From Nageia nagi (lineage: Eukaryota; Plantae; Pinophyta), in contig JBITNC010000001.1 of the NCBI GenBank assembly GCA_050084985.1, forward strand, positions 158,844,001 to 158,908,000: a stretch of DNA of 64,000 bases, written 5' to 3'. A model generated the notes under the pieces. That model was given only the letters and a program-made list of their open reading frames with translations. It was not told where the DNA came from and did not search any database. A program made the position numbers and the translations under genes. The stretch's first letter is position 1, and every line of letters starts with the position of its first letter. Below, piece by piece: positions 42,171-54,814 of the stretch.

Positions 42171-44850
42171 TCGACTTGTCCCTTTGTTTGTTTAAAAGAG
42201 ATATTATATTACTTAAAAGGTCTTTTTCATTCAAAATGAATAAATGTTGACTTATTAATTTAATAAAATATTTTTATCTTAATATAAATTTTAGAATTAA
42301 AAAATTAGCATGTGTGATAGACTTCAAATTAATATTGTAGATAATATGAGATGCAAAACTTTCTTGTGAGGAGAGTGGATATCCCTAATAAAATATATAG
42401 TCAACTATGGTTTAAATTTTCTAGGTTATTATGTGCATACATTTTGTTGGATTTGATAATATATCTTAATTATTGGTTTTTGGGTGTATGGTATTTAGTC
42501 AATAATATTATAATATTATTTTTTAAAATTTACATCTAATGACAAAAGATTTTTATATAAGTAGAATGCAAACTTTTTTTATAGGGTGGGTTGTGAGATG
42601 TGGGTTTATTAAAGCTCATCATGATTGATAAATACATCTCATCATGTGCAATTTGTTACAAATATTTCATTAATAGATGATATCATATGAAAAATGTTGT
42701 ATGATCAAGTTAGATTATATTGTTATATAATTAAGAGGTTATAGACACCAATAATTATATGAGTTAGGCATTAGTTTGCACCTAACAATATTTTTGCATT
42801 GTCTAATATTTGAATTTATTCTTACACTATTTTTGTTTATACACTTTCATTGGAGTTGGGATAAGTGGTGATAGATATGGTAAAGAAGAGGGTAATTTTT
42901 ACTTCAGGCTAGCTCTATTGGTGCAAACTTGTTTAGAATTATATCATGTTGTATGAAGATTAAGATTATAAATTAGCATGATCTTTATAATATAGATGTG
43001 CATGAGAGCATATAATAGTAGCATGACCTCATGATCTATATTATGATGCTCATGGAGAGGATTTAGATGTACCTTTTGCATTGTAGTAGTTATAGAATAA
43101 GGAGGAATTCTAGCATAGGAAGTACAAGTAACACTAAGAATATTAATAACAATAATTAAATACTTTTAATATGGATTAAAATATATGACATCCATATAGT
43201 GATTTGGTTAGTTGCATGGAGGATAAAGTACAATTATGATGGGTGTCATAGGAGAGTTTGTTTCATGGTATATATACCTTTAAGAGCTTGATTTCTCTTG
43301 TATAGCCAAGTTTTGGATAATTTTAAATTCAACATGGGGAACAACAAGTATCTATTATTTATAGTTGAGCAATAAAGGATGGACATCATTAGGTGTAATA
43401 TATAGAAGTTGGGGAGGATGATGATGCCTTTATTTAAATCCTAGGATAAAATGATGTTATGAATACATTTAAATATGAATACATGGTTCAAGGATTATAT
43501 GGATACATTAACTTTAATAACCAACACCAACAACTCTCTTCCCATTATAAATTTTGACAAGCAATATTATGATTGATAGAGTATAAAGATGAGAACATTG
43601 TTAATTAGAGAATATCTTTGAGATGTGATAGATTTTGGTTATGATGAGCTAATTGCATAGAGCACATGAAGAGTAGTTAATAGGATAATAAAGAAGAAAT
43701 TTGAGAAGAATAACCCATTGAACCTATACCATATTCAATCCTCCCTAGACAAAAGTTTATTTATATGCATTATTTTTGCAACCTCGGCCAAGGAGGCTAG
43801 AAAGTATTTACAAGAGGTAACTTACCAAGGTATTGATATAATAAAGATTTGTAGACCCTAATTTAAGGGATTTCAATAACTTAAAGATGAAAGAGGTTGA
43901 AAAAATAATTAGCTATTATGTTAGAGTGAAATATGTAATGAAGAAAGTAGCCAAACTTGAAGAGATTGAATAAGAAGACTATTGTAAATAAGACACTTAG
44001 AAGTCTAAAACCCAAGTAGAATTATATTGCAATCATCATTGAGTAAATTAGATATTTTTATACTCTACTATTTGATGACCTTATTAGTTTTATTATGTCA
44101 TGTGAAGAGAGGCTAAAGGAAAACTTTGCATAGAACAATGAAAAATATTTTGCTTCCAATATGAGAATTTCCATGAAGGGGTAAGTGGTTAAGGAGAAAC
44201 ACAAGGGTGAAATTAAAATTCTAATAAAGGGAGAGAATATATTTACCAGCCAATAGAATATAAGGAAATATAAATCAAAGGAGGGTTTCAAACTACAATT
44301 ATCAAAAGAGAAGATGCATTGCTAGAGATTCTAGAGACAAGGCTACAAATAAAGGTAGGAAATCTAACTATGCCCATGAAAATTAAGATGCTCAATAAGA
44401 CCAAGAAAATTTGATTATATCTCATAACATGAGTAATATAACTCATTATCAGTTTTGTATTTTAATTTCAACTACTCTATTCACATTATTATAATAAAGG
44501 AGTTATTTTCCAATATGAATTATATATAAAGTTTGGTTGCCTATGGTATTCTAAGACTCACCATATATGAACATATCACACTCCATATTCAAGTACTTAC
44601 AAAATACAAATTTAAAGAGATAAGAGAGATATTAAATATTACAAAAAATATTATGAGAAAATAATGTACCTTAGATATACCCAATGTGAGAAAAACTCTA
44701 ACCAAAAATCTCCACTATGTAATGAAGAGGTGATTACAATGGACACCTTCCTCCAAAATGCTATTGATAGAATAATCTTAAGGCCTCCAACACTCTAATG
44801 GAATTTCCTTATTGATGATATCAATACTCAAGCAATAAGGTCACAATCAC

Positions 44851-44950
44851 NNNNNNNNNNNNNNNNNNNNNNNNNNNNNNNNNNNNNNNNNNNNNNNNNN
44901 NNNNNNNNNNNNNNNNNNNNNNNNNNNNNNNNNNNNNNNNNNNNNNNNNN
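44851..44950. other. Assembly gap (100 N)
   Basis: N run. Confidence 1.
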
Positions 44951-45594
44951 TTTGAATTACAAAATATTTTTCAAAACCTTTTAATATAAATAAAATTAGT
45001 AAAACTAAAAACTTGCATAAAAATCATTTCAAACATCAGATTTTGAAAACATCAAAGTTTCCAAAAAGCTATAGGAGAGGTTTTAAATATGAAAATATAG
45101 AATCAAATTTTTTGTAACTTTTATTTTTTTGAAATAATTCCTATTTTGGATCACATCTCCCTTTGTATGTGATTTTAGTCCCACAAAAGCCTTAAGATTC
45201 AAATTATGAGGAAAACAAAATCCTCAAATCAAATCCAAAATTATAACTCTTCTTGAAATCATTCTATCTTTGGTCATCCTTTTAACTTACATATTTTCAA
45301 ATTATATTTGAGTATGCCTTTTTTATTTTATATTTGGGTCTTCCTTTGGGTCTTATCTTATCCCACTTGGTATTTTTCCTCTAGAATATCTCCTAATTCT
45401 ACCTCTATATAATTTCATTTTACCACACTCAATGGATGTAACATCAAAATATCTAATTTCATACTCTATGCACAACTTTGAATTCCAATTTTCATTTCTC
45501 ATTATGAAACCGAATAGGCTTTAATATCGATGTGATTCATAAAGTGTAGTTTCCTATAGCATTCTGAGACTCACCACATATGGATTTTGCATAC

Positions 45595-46448
45595 TGTTAA
45601 TACATAAAAATGAATTTATGTTTTTAAATCAATAAATTAATGAAATATGCTTGGCTTAAATATATGTCTTGAATGCATTAAAGTGATAATATCAATGTTT
45701 GCCTTGAATATGAATTTTATAATGATTATCTTGAATATTGCATGGATTATCTTGAATATTGCATGAATTATCTTGTTATTGGTGTGTTTATCTTGAATAT
45801 TGTGAATTATCCTTATTTATGTAGATGCATGCCGACCCATGGGTTGTATTATCTATTATCTATATAAATAAGGGATCTAATAGTAAGTCCACATAACAAG
45901 GATACACACGATCCTGCGTATGGTCTTGTAAGTGGCAACCCCTTAAGGTATCTCTTGGTACCCGCCTACAAGGCTGTGGTTTGTGTGCTTCCTTTCACAA
46001 GTTATCCTGACATGTACGATCTATTTTGATATCATACTACTACCCGAGACATCCATATTGAAGTTCTGGACTTGATCAAGAAGTTAAGAATCATCAAACG
46101 AAGGCCATCGATGCTCCTTTACAAATGAAAGAACATTGCCAGCGCTCTTATATCACTGAAATGGACCACCCATGGTCTTCTTTCTACATCTTCATAGGTC
46201 ATTACATTGGTGGAAAGGCAGCTCATCATCAGTACATTGCCAATATCTTAATCTTTCATTGTCAGGTACGTTCCATGAGGTAAGTACACAAATTACAGTC
46301 TTGGTTGGTACAATTACATTTCTGAATTGGTTATTTTGTTTATTGTTATCTAGAATAAATTGCTATCCGTAGCTTAAATACAGATAATATTGAGTTTGTA
46401 GATATTTGCTTATTTACTTATTTGCACGCTCAATTTTATTTGTAAACA
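45595..46448 (+). repeat. 5' LTR (854 bp)
   Basis: TGTTAA...TAAACA ends; internal TATATAAATA near 45861; about 97% identical to the 3' LTR by eye. Confidence 0.95.
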
Positions 46449-46450
46449 TA

Positions 46451-46468
46451 TGGTGAACCCGACGTGAA
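46451..46468 (+). other. Primer binding site complementary to the tRNA-Trp 3' end
   Basis: TGGTGAACCCGACGTGAA is the reverse complement of TTCACGTCGGGTTCACCA, the plant cytosolic tRNA-Trp 3' end as recalled; 2 nt after the LTR. Confidence 0.8.
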
Positions 46469-46520
46469 GTGCACATCATTGTACTAAAAACCTAAGGGTC
46501 TTAGTTAGAACTAATATCTA

Positions 46521-47756
46521 TTTTGTGAGTGATTTAGTTATGGATCATCTTAAGTTATTCTTGCGTAGTCTTTCAAAAGAGATTTGGATGAATTATTGGT
46601 AGAAATCATACATGATGATCCAGAGGGATCCGGAGGAATGCAAAATAGTGCTGAGGGTGACAATAGTAATTTTCAAACTACTATGGAAGGTATGCAAAGG
46701 CAGATAGATAGATTGGCAAGGAGATTAGCTCCACCTAATGATTCTTTCGAATTTGGTAGTCCCTTATGTGATGAGATTCGTAGGCACATGCCACCATCCG
46801 ACTATAAAGAGCCAAAATTTAGTAAGTTCAATGGTGAAGGAGATCCGAGAAGACATATACAAGGATTCAAGGATGAGTGCGAACTCAAAACTAGTACAGA
46901 TCAAAGATTGCAAGCTAAATTCTTTCCCCAGAGCTTGGAGGGAGAGGCTCGAGAATGGTTTTATGCCTTACCTGAAGGGTCCATCACATCATTTGAGGAA
47001 TTCAGTAATTTGTTCCTGGAGCAATATAAGCATAACATCAAGAAGGAGATTATGCTATCAGATTTATGTGCCATCAAGCAAGACAGTAATGAATAACTAG
47101 ACAAATTTGTTGTAAGGTTTAAGAAGACATGGTAGCAAGTAAAGACCAGATTAACAGAAAAAGAGGTAAATAACATTTTTAAAGAAGTTGTTATATTTCC
47201 CTTACAATCATATGTTATCGATTATACACATCTTACATTTTCGGATATGACGTATAAATTGTTAGAGAAAGAAAAAGTCCTTGTGAAGCTAGGCCTTGTA
47301 AAGTATGGCAGTAGTGATAAGACAAAAGCAAAGGATAAAAGATCACAATCGGCAAAGAAAGAGAAAACTATCCATGTGGCTGAGAAGACAAGTGAGATGA
47401 AGGAGAAGAAATTTGTGAGATTTCCCATACCTCCAAGACATATCCTAAAAGACCTTGTGGCAAAAGGGTTATTACAACCCTTACCTAAGCATGAAGAAGA
47501 TCCTACAATAGAAAAACCCGCTTGGCATAAGGAAGATAGGTATTGTGAGTATCATCAGACTAAGGGCCATGCTACTAATGGGTGTGGAAACCTTAGGGAC
47601 AGAATACAGAAACTCATAGAAGATGGATTCTATGTGTGTCCGGTAAAGGTCAAAGATACATGGGAAGAGCAACATGTTAATATGATTTTCCTTGAAGATG
47701 TTTGCAAGGCTAGCATCGGTGGGAGCTCTAGGCCCCCCGGAGGTATCATTTGGTAG
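46521..47756 (+). pseudogene. gag: Retrotransposon gag (Retrotrans_gag domain plus C-x2-H-x4-H-x4-C motif) with in-frame stops
   Basis: KFNGEGDPRRHIQGF...KFFPQSLEGEAREWFYALPEGSITSFEEFSNLFLEQY (46584-47096) and YCEYHQTKGHATNGC (47247-47756), same frame, with stops between them. Confidence 0.9.
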
Positions 47757-48136
47757 ATCAATATGACAAAAAAAAAGAGAGAGAAGCTAGTAGTCAGTTC
47801 AGGTTACTAACAGACGTCATCGTCAAGATTGGGGGGCTTCATGATGTCATAACAGGAGCATCGGTGTTGTATTTCATGATAATAGGACCGTCAATGGTCC
47901 TCTTTTAGCAGAAAAACAAGAGAAAGTAAAAGGTACCAACTACTCCCGCAACGTGAGAAGTCAGAATTTCAGGTCGTTCGTTGGCATTCGATTGCAGAAA
48001 TCATAGAACATTAATTTCATTCATCACAAGTACATGCACAAGAGCAAATCAGGTACCAAAATTTGTGTTTCATATATATATCATGATTAAAATGTTTTTG
48101 TTTACAATACAACTGGATGAGATTACATAGAATGAC

Positions 48137-50401
48137 CTAGAATCTCCTACTAGAGCCCCCTCCCCCTACACTAGAGCTGGTAGCCCTGCTAGATGTGCCA
48201 CCCCCGCACCGTGCCTTATACTTCTCTGCACGTGCTTTCTCCTCACCGATCTGTCTCTCGACCTGGTGAAGCTGCTCATAGAGGGCCTTGACCTCCTTGT
48301 TGGCTACTTGTAGGTCCTGATAGATCCCAATATAATCTCCTCCTTCGAATCGTAGATGACCCTGTAGCTCTCTAATCTCCTCATCCTTTTGACTGATTTG
48401 GCCACGTAGCCTAGCCATCTCGACCTTAGGATCTGTGACATAGCATAAATATATCATGTTAATCCTTAGCATATCATAAAAAGTAGAAAATCAAAGTAAA
48501 GCAAAAGTGAAAATAGGTTACCATTGTCATCCTCATCGTAGTCTTCCTCCTCCCAATCTGTATCCGTCTCATACTCAGGTTCATACTCATCCTGGTCTGG
48601 ATCGATCTCCTCATTATCGTCATGACCTGCATCTAGAGACATGTCGCGAGCATATGTCGGGCTACTCTCTCCTCCCCACCCTCCCGTCATGAAGGGAGTG
48701 TCCCATCTGGTCTCTGTGTCCCCTGTGTCTTCATCCTCCCATGCATCATCACCTGAGTTGACATCATGAATGCCTATGTAGTGAGGACGGTGCATCCTCC
48801 ACCAGTTTAGATAGTCCTTCGTGTGATCAAGTCCATCTATGTCATCATCGACCCCATAGTCGGAGTCCTCGCTAGGGGACTCCCAATCTGAGTCCCATTC
48901 AGGTACTGGCTCATAATCCTCTGGGAGATGCCTGCTATGGTAGTAGCGCACCACTATCTTGCAGTCATTCGGTATGCCCTACTGGAGGCCAAACTGACGG
49001 AGTACCCGCTCTGGCCTGTATAGCTCCACTAGTGCCCTACGTGCCTATACGTATGTAGGGTGTCTCACCCATGCCATCTCCTATATGTCCTCCTCCCACT
49101 TTGGTACACCTCCCTGATAGGGACACCAGTATATCTGTGACTCCTGTAGTAGGTCAAACTGGACCTACCATCCCTCTAGGTCCATGCTAGGAAAATTTGG
49201 TCCCTTTATTATAGCCCACCGTTGCCAGGTAGGTACATCATCTGGCTGGTCTTGGGGTAATGTCATCAGTCTAGAAATGATGATGTGATCATATGCCCAC
49301 ACCTGCAGTATCATAGAATGAGCTACCTATCTCCCCCCTCTCTCCACCTCTACAAAGTCATGGAGGTCATGATAGAGTTATGCCAGTATTATGAGGCACC
49401 ATGCATACTGCTGCCTGTGTGTCACCATGTCTTGTATGATAGGAACCATGCCCATAGGGAAGGTCTCACTACTCTTGTCTGGATAGACAATAGCATCTAG
49501 AAGACAAGCAATGAGGAGCCTCATCCGTAGGTCACCCCGTGCTGGAGGATACTCTGACACATGTCTCACTAAGGACACACCCCTCTTCCTGTGATTTACT
49601 TCATCTGACCCTATCAGCCATGTAGCCCATATCTCTACCTATTCTAGGCTAGGAACAAGAACCATGTTCACTAGCCTCCCCCTGATAGGAAGCCTAGTGA
49701 TCCTGTAGATATCCTCTAGTGTTACTGTGATCTCACTAGTTGGAAGGTGAAAGGTGTTGGAGTTTGGATCCCACCTCTCCATCAAAGTTGTCAACATGTT
49801 GCGGTCATGAAACACATAATCAGCAAATGCAAGGTAGCTGAAGGAAATATCCTCTAGTATACTCTAGGCTTCATCAATTTGTGGCCACTGTTGGGCAGTG
49901 GTGAAGGTGGCACTCTTGTCGGATGGTCGCATAAGGTATGAACGATTCTGCAAGAAAAGGGTGATAGAAAGCAAGTTAGTATCAAGGTATGAAACAAAGA
50001 TAGCAAAAATAGTACTGGTAAAGAGGACTGCCCACAGTCTAGAGCAAGTGAAAAGGACCACCCATGATCCAAACTAGGGCAGAAAGGACTGCCAGCGATC
50101 TTATTTTCATGCATGAAGGTCGATGAAATTCGAGGTACAGGTTTGTACGGATGAGCATAGTACAGCCATGATACCAAAAATTCAAAAAATAGAATAAAAA
50201 GGGAAAAATGATGGGCTAGGGTATTCAATAGGAAAACCCTAGGGGCAATTTGGAAAACCAGTATGTAGGCAGCTAAAATATAAAGATAAGCAAAAGCATA
50301 GCAAGGAAAAGGTAGAAGATGTAATGTACCTGATGACCAGCAGGAGAATCAGCTACTAAGGTAGCTCTGTGTCCATCCCGATGTGTGATTGGCAGGGCCA
50401 T
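48137..50401 (-). pseudogene. Antisense Plant Mobile Domain (aminotransferase-like, MAIL1/MAIN-type) gene; predicted exons 50330-50401, 48522-49947 and 48137-48432; several premature stops
   Basis: Manual translation gives DRNMLTTLMERWDPNSNTFHLPTSEITVTLEDIYRITRLPIRG, YAWCLIILA*LYHDL, LQVWAYDHI and PERVLRQFGLQ*GIP, all PMD hallmarks. These are followed by a D/E-rich tract and a coiled-coil tail. Both GT-AG introns preserve frame (phase 0 and phase 1). Confidence 0.85.
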
Positions 50402-50547
50402 AGCATGCAGCACAGCAGTACAAGAAATATCACCTAGTGATAACAACAAAATCACCAGCTAAACCTCTCTGACTCAGTCTCTCAAGCTTTAAGATGCTCC
50501 CAGCTATGAAAATGATAGGGTGAACAAATGAGGAAGGGTGGGGCCCC

Positions 50548-50554
50548 TTTTATA
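50548..50554 (-). promoter_or_regulatory. Putative TATA box of the antisense PMD gene
   Basis: CTATAAAAGGGG on the minus strand, ~150 bp upstream of the ATG at 50401. Confidence 0.5.
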
Positions 50555-50874
50555 GAAAGGTTAGGGTACACACTTCAAGACAAATTTTGATTTGAGCATT
50601 TGGTATAAGTGGACAAGCAACCAAGTATCAATCTAGAATCTAGGGATGATTCGCAGAGACCTGATCTTCACAGTTTTCATTGATTCCTTAAGAAAAGGAT
50701 TGCTCACAGCCTTGGATGAAGATCACCAGCATTCTAAGTCTACCAGAAAGGATCGCCCGCATTCCTTTATCTAGAAAATCAGCTTATCTAAGTATCACGG
50801 GTGCATCACAGGTGCCTGATCAACGTTATATCTAGGAGAATATTGCTTTGAGTTTCATTTTTATAGACCTATGT

Positions 50875-51245
50875 TGTCAGCTTATCATGTCTCTATGGGT
50901 GGAGTTCCAGCTCCCGATGTCAGCTTATCATGTCTCTATGGGTGGAGTTCCAGCTCCCGTTATCAGCTTATCATGTCTATGGGTGGAGTTCCAGCTCCCG
51001 TTATTAGTTTATCATGTCTATGGGTGGAGTTCCAGCTCCTGTTATCAGCTTATCATGTCTATGGGTGGATTCCAGCTCTCATTATCAGCTTATCATGTCT
51101 ATGGGTGGAGTTCCAGCTCCCATTATCAGCTTATCATGTCTATGAGTGGAGTTCCAGCTCCCATTATCAGCTTATCATGTCTATGAGTGGAGTTCCAGCT
51201 CCCATTATCAGCTTATCATGCCTCTTGGTGGAGTTTCAGCTCCAT
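50875..51245. repeat. Tandem array, 41-bp unit (first two 43 bp), ~9 copies
   Basis: Unit TCAGCTTATCATGTCTATGGGTGGAGTTCCAGCTCCCATTA. Confidence 0.95.
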
Positions 51246-51724
51246 TAGTTTATCATTATTTTGCAAGGTTCGGTTCTTATGCAACTGCAGTACACCTCTT
51301 GGTGCGAAGGCTCAGTTGTGTGGAACTTAGCTCTCCCTTCTCAGCTTATCATTATTTTGTGGGGTTCGGTTCTTATGCAACTGCAGTACACCTCTTGGTG
51401 CGAAGGCTCAGTTGTGTGGAACTTAGCTCTCCCTTCTCAACTTATCATTATTTTGCAGGGTTTAGTTCTTATGCAACTACAGTACACCTCTCGATGCGAA
51501 GGCTCGGTTGTGTAGAACTTAGCTCTCCCTTATCAGCTTATCACTTGTTTTACGGAGTTTGGTTCTTATGCAACTGTAGTACACCTCTTGGTGTGAAGGC
51601 TCAGTTGTGTGGAACTTAGCTCTCCCCTATGAGCTTATCATTGTTTTGCAGGGTTCAGTTCTTATGCAACTGCAGTACACCTCTTGGTACGAAGGCTCAG
51701 TTGTGTGGAACTTAGCTCTCCCCC
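51246..51724. repeat. Tandem array, 96-bp unit, 5 copies
   Basis: GCAACT(G/A)(C/T)AGTACACC at 51281, 51377, 51473, 51570 and 51666. Confidence 0.95.
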
Positions 51725-51732
51725 ATGTGTGG

Positions 51733-51900
51733 TCATGGTTATCATGTCTTGTCTTGTGATGTGGTCTTGGCAAGATGTTGTCAGGTCATCATGCGTGTCA
51801 TCATGGTTGTCATGTCTTATCTTGTGATGTGGTCTTGGCAAGATGTTGTCAGGTCATCATGTGTGTCATCATGGTTGTCATGTATTGTCTTATCAGGTCA
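51733..51900. repeat. Tandem array, 68-bp unit, ~2.5 copies
   Basis: TCATGGTT(A/G)TCATGT at 51733, 51801 and 51869. Confidence 0.9.
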
Positions 51901-52238
51901 TCTGTTAGGTCATCGTCATGTGTGTTGTCCGATTTATCGTCATGGGTCATCAGCATTGCGGTAAGATTATCAGCTTATCAGATTATCAGATATATCAGGC
52001 TATCACCTCCTATGGAAAAATGCAAGGGGCAAGTATGCCCAAGGTAATATCAAAAGGGAGTTTTCTCAACCTATATCTAGTACTAATAAGCTTTATCATG
52101 ATGTTGTTTAAGTTTAGAATGGTTAGTGTTTATCATTGCTTATCAAAATTGTTTGCTATGATGTTGTGTTTTTACTTTGAATGCAAAATCTCAACTCACC
52201 TCATGTTTCTTTCGATTTCACATCCAAAGTGGGGCATC

Positions 52239-53088
52239 TATTAACACATAAAAATGAATTTATGTTTTTAAATCAATAAATTAATGAAATATGCTTGGCT
52301 TAAATATATGTCTTAAATGCATTAAAGTGATAATATCAATGTTTGCCTTGAATATGAATTTTATAATGATTATCTTGAATATTGCATGGATTATCTTGAA
52401 TATTGCATGAATTATCTTGTTATTGGTGTGTTTATCTTGAATATTGTGAATTATCCTTATTTATGTAGATGCATGCTGACCCATGGGTTGTATTATCTAT
52501 TATCTATATAAATAAGGGATCTAATAGTAAGTCCACATAACAAGGATACACACGATCCCGCGTATGGTCTTGTAAGTGGCAACCCCTTAAGGTATCTCTT
52601 GGTACCGCCTACAAGGCTGTGGTTTGTGTGCTTCCTTTCGTGAGCTATCCTAACATGTACGATCTATTCTGATATCATACTGCTACCCGAGACATCCATA
52701 TTGAAGTTCTGGACTTGATCAAGAAGTTAAGAATCATCAAATGAAGGCCACCGATGCTCCTTTGCGAATGAAAGAACATTGTCGGTGCTCTTATATCACT
52801 GAAATGGACTGCCCACGGTCCTCTTTCTGCATCTTCATAGGTCATTACATTGGTGGAAAGGCAGCTCATCAATACATTGCCAATATCTTAATCTTTTGTT
52901 GTCAGGTACGTTCCATGAGGTAAGTACACAAATTACAGTCTTGGTTGGTACAATTACATTTCTGAATTGGTTATTTTGTTTATTGTTATCTAGAATAAAT
53001 TGCTATCCGTAGCTTAAATACAAATAATATTGAGTTTGTAGATATTTGCTTATTTACTTATTTGCACGCTCAATTTTATTTGTAAACA
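52239..53088 (+). repeat. 3' LTR (850 bp; 5' TG mutated to TA)
   Basis: Direct repeat of 45595-46448 with one 1-bp and one 3-bp indel. Confidence 0.95.
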
Positions 53089-54814
53089 CATACTTGAACT
53101 TATGGTACTTGTGGAATACAAATTTTAAAAGTTAAGAGAGATTTTAAACATCATCACAAAAATTATGAAATAATAATTTGCCTTAGAGAAATCAAATGTG
53201 GGAAAAATTCTAGGCAAAAATCTCTACTATATTATGAAGAGGTGAGTAAAATAGTGGCCTTTCTTCAAAATGCCACTAATAGGAACAAACACAAGGTCTC
53301 CAAAAATCCAATAGATTTGCTTTTAATACTCTCAATACTCAAGAAACAAGCTCACAATATCTCTTACAATAATTCTCATATCACACTTGCATAGAATCTT
53401 ACAATTTCTTATGCTTTTTGCATTCTCCACCAATAATTAGCTATCTTCCTCTCAGGAATTCATTCTTCTTATTAGAATGTATGTGTGTCTACTTTACAAG
53501 TTGATGGATTCTCTCTACATTCAACTCTTTATGGAGATCTCAACACACTATAGAGTACTACACAAATTACCCACTTACAAATGCTTTTTCATGGAGTCTT
53601 TACAAATACAAACTCCATGACCATATAGGCTTCTTAAAATGTCTCTCATGCACTATATCATGGCTTGTGTGTATGTCATTTTTCCACTCTCCATAAGCTC
53701 CCTTTTATAATTTTTAAGGGGATTAAAATGGAAAAAATTGTTACAATAAAATATTCCTCTCCTATGAATTATTTATCTTCATCACCAACTACACAATCTG
53801 AATTATATCCCTTTTAGCATTTAGCTTTATCAACATTTAATTTGAGAAGGTTTTTTTTGGATAGTAGTAATAAAATATAATTATTATCTATCTACTCTTT
53901 TATTTTCTCTCAAAATAACTTAAAATAGTCATTTAGAAAATATTTGGGAAATTACAAAAGTTTGAATGACACATACATGTTTTACAATAAATAAAAAATA
54001 AAATACCATCCAAAAATACCCCAACTCCTTAGTATAATGGGTGGATCTAATGATATGTTACCATGTGGCATTTAAAAATGTAAAAAAGGAAGTCAAACAA
54101 GGTGTTATAAGTAGTATGTGCTTCCAATAGAGTTTTTATACTCTTTCATGATATCACCTTTGTATAGGCTATAATGGCTCCATATAAGTAGGGTCTTCAA
54201 ACTCCTCATGTTGACTCTACTAAATAATCTCTACATGGCCTTCATTGCATATCATCTCCTTTATGCATATTGTCCACATCATTGGCCATGGGCATCCTTT
54301 GACTCCATGTTTTTTGCTAATTAGTAACTCTTTTCCAAATGTATGGGTCTATATTAGCTATGCTCATATGGATATTACATTTTCACATGGATGTTAGCAA
54401 TTCAATCTACTCCACGCACCTATGATTCTCCTCCATTGGTCATCTATATATATATATTTCTAAAACCTTTTGATTTAAATAAATCGAATCAAACTTCAAA
54501 GCTATATAAAATCCACTTCAAGCATCACATTTTGAAACTGTGAAAGGTTTCAAGAAGCTGGAAGAGAGCTCTTCAACATGAAGATATAAAATCACATTTT
54601 TGAGAATTTTTATTTTTGATTGAATTCCCATTTTATATGACTAACATGATCCATAAAATTTACTTGCTTATGGTATTGTGAGACTCACCATATACAAATT
54701 TCTCACACTTAAACTTCAAGTACTTATGGAATACAAATTCAAAGAGTTAATAGAGATAGTAAATAGCATCACGAAAATTATGAGGCAACAATTTATGATG
54801 GAGAAACCCAATGA

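Larger units (their letters stand above)
45595..53088 (+). mobile_element. Structurally complete non-autonomous LTR retrotransposon (gag-only, Tat/Ogre-like Gypsy) carrying an antisense PMD gene
   Basis: LTRs 45595-46448 and 52239-53088; TSD CATAC at 45590-45594 and 53089-53093; PBS; PPT AAAGTGGGG (~52226-52234). Empty sites GGATTTTGCATACTTGAAC are present in paralogous repeats at ~1878 and ~60001. Confidence 0.95.

Noticed and set aside
50848-52244. Several overlapping ORFs of 79-157 aa, and a superficial CRISPR-like look
   Set aside because: These are translations of tandem repeats; the units have no unique spacers and the context is a eukaryotic retroelement.
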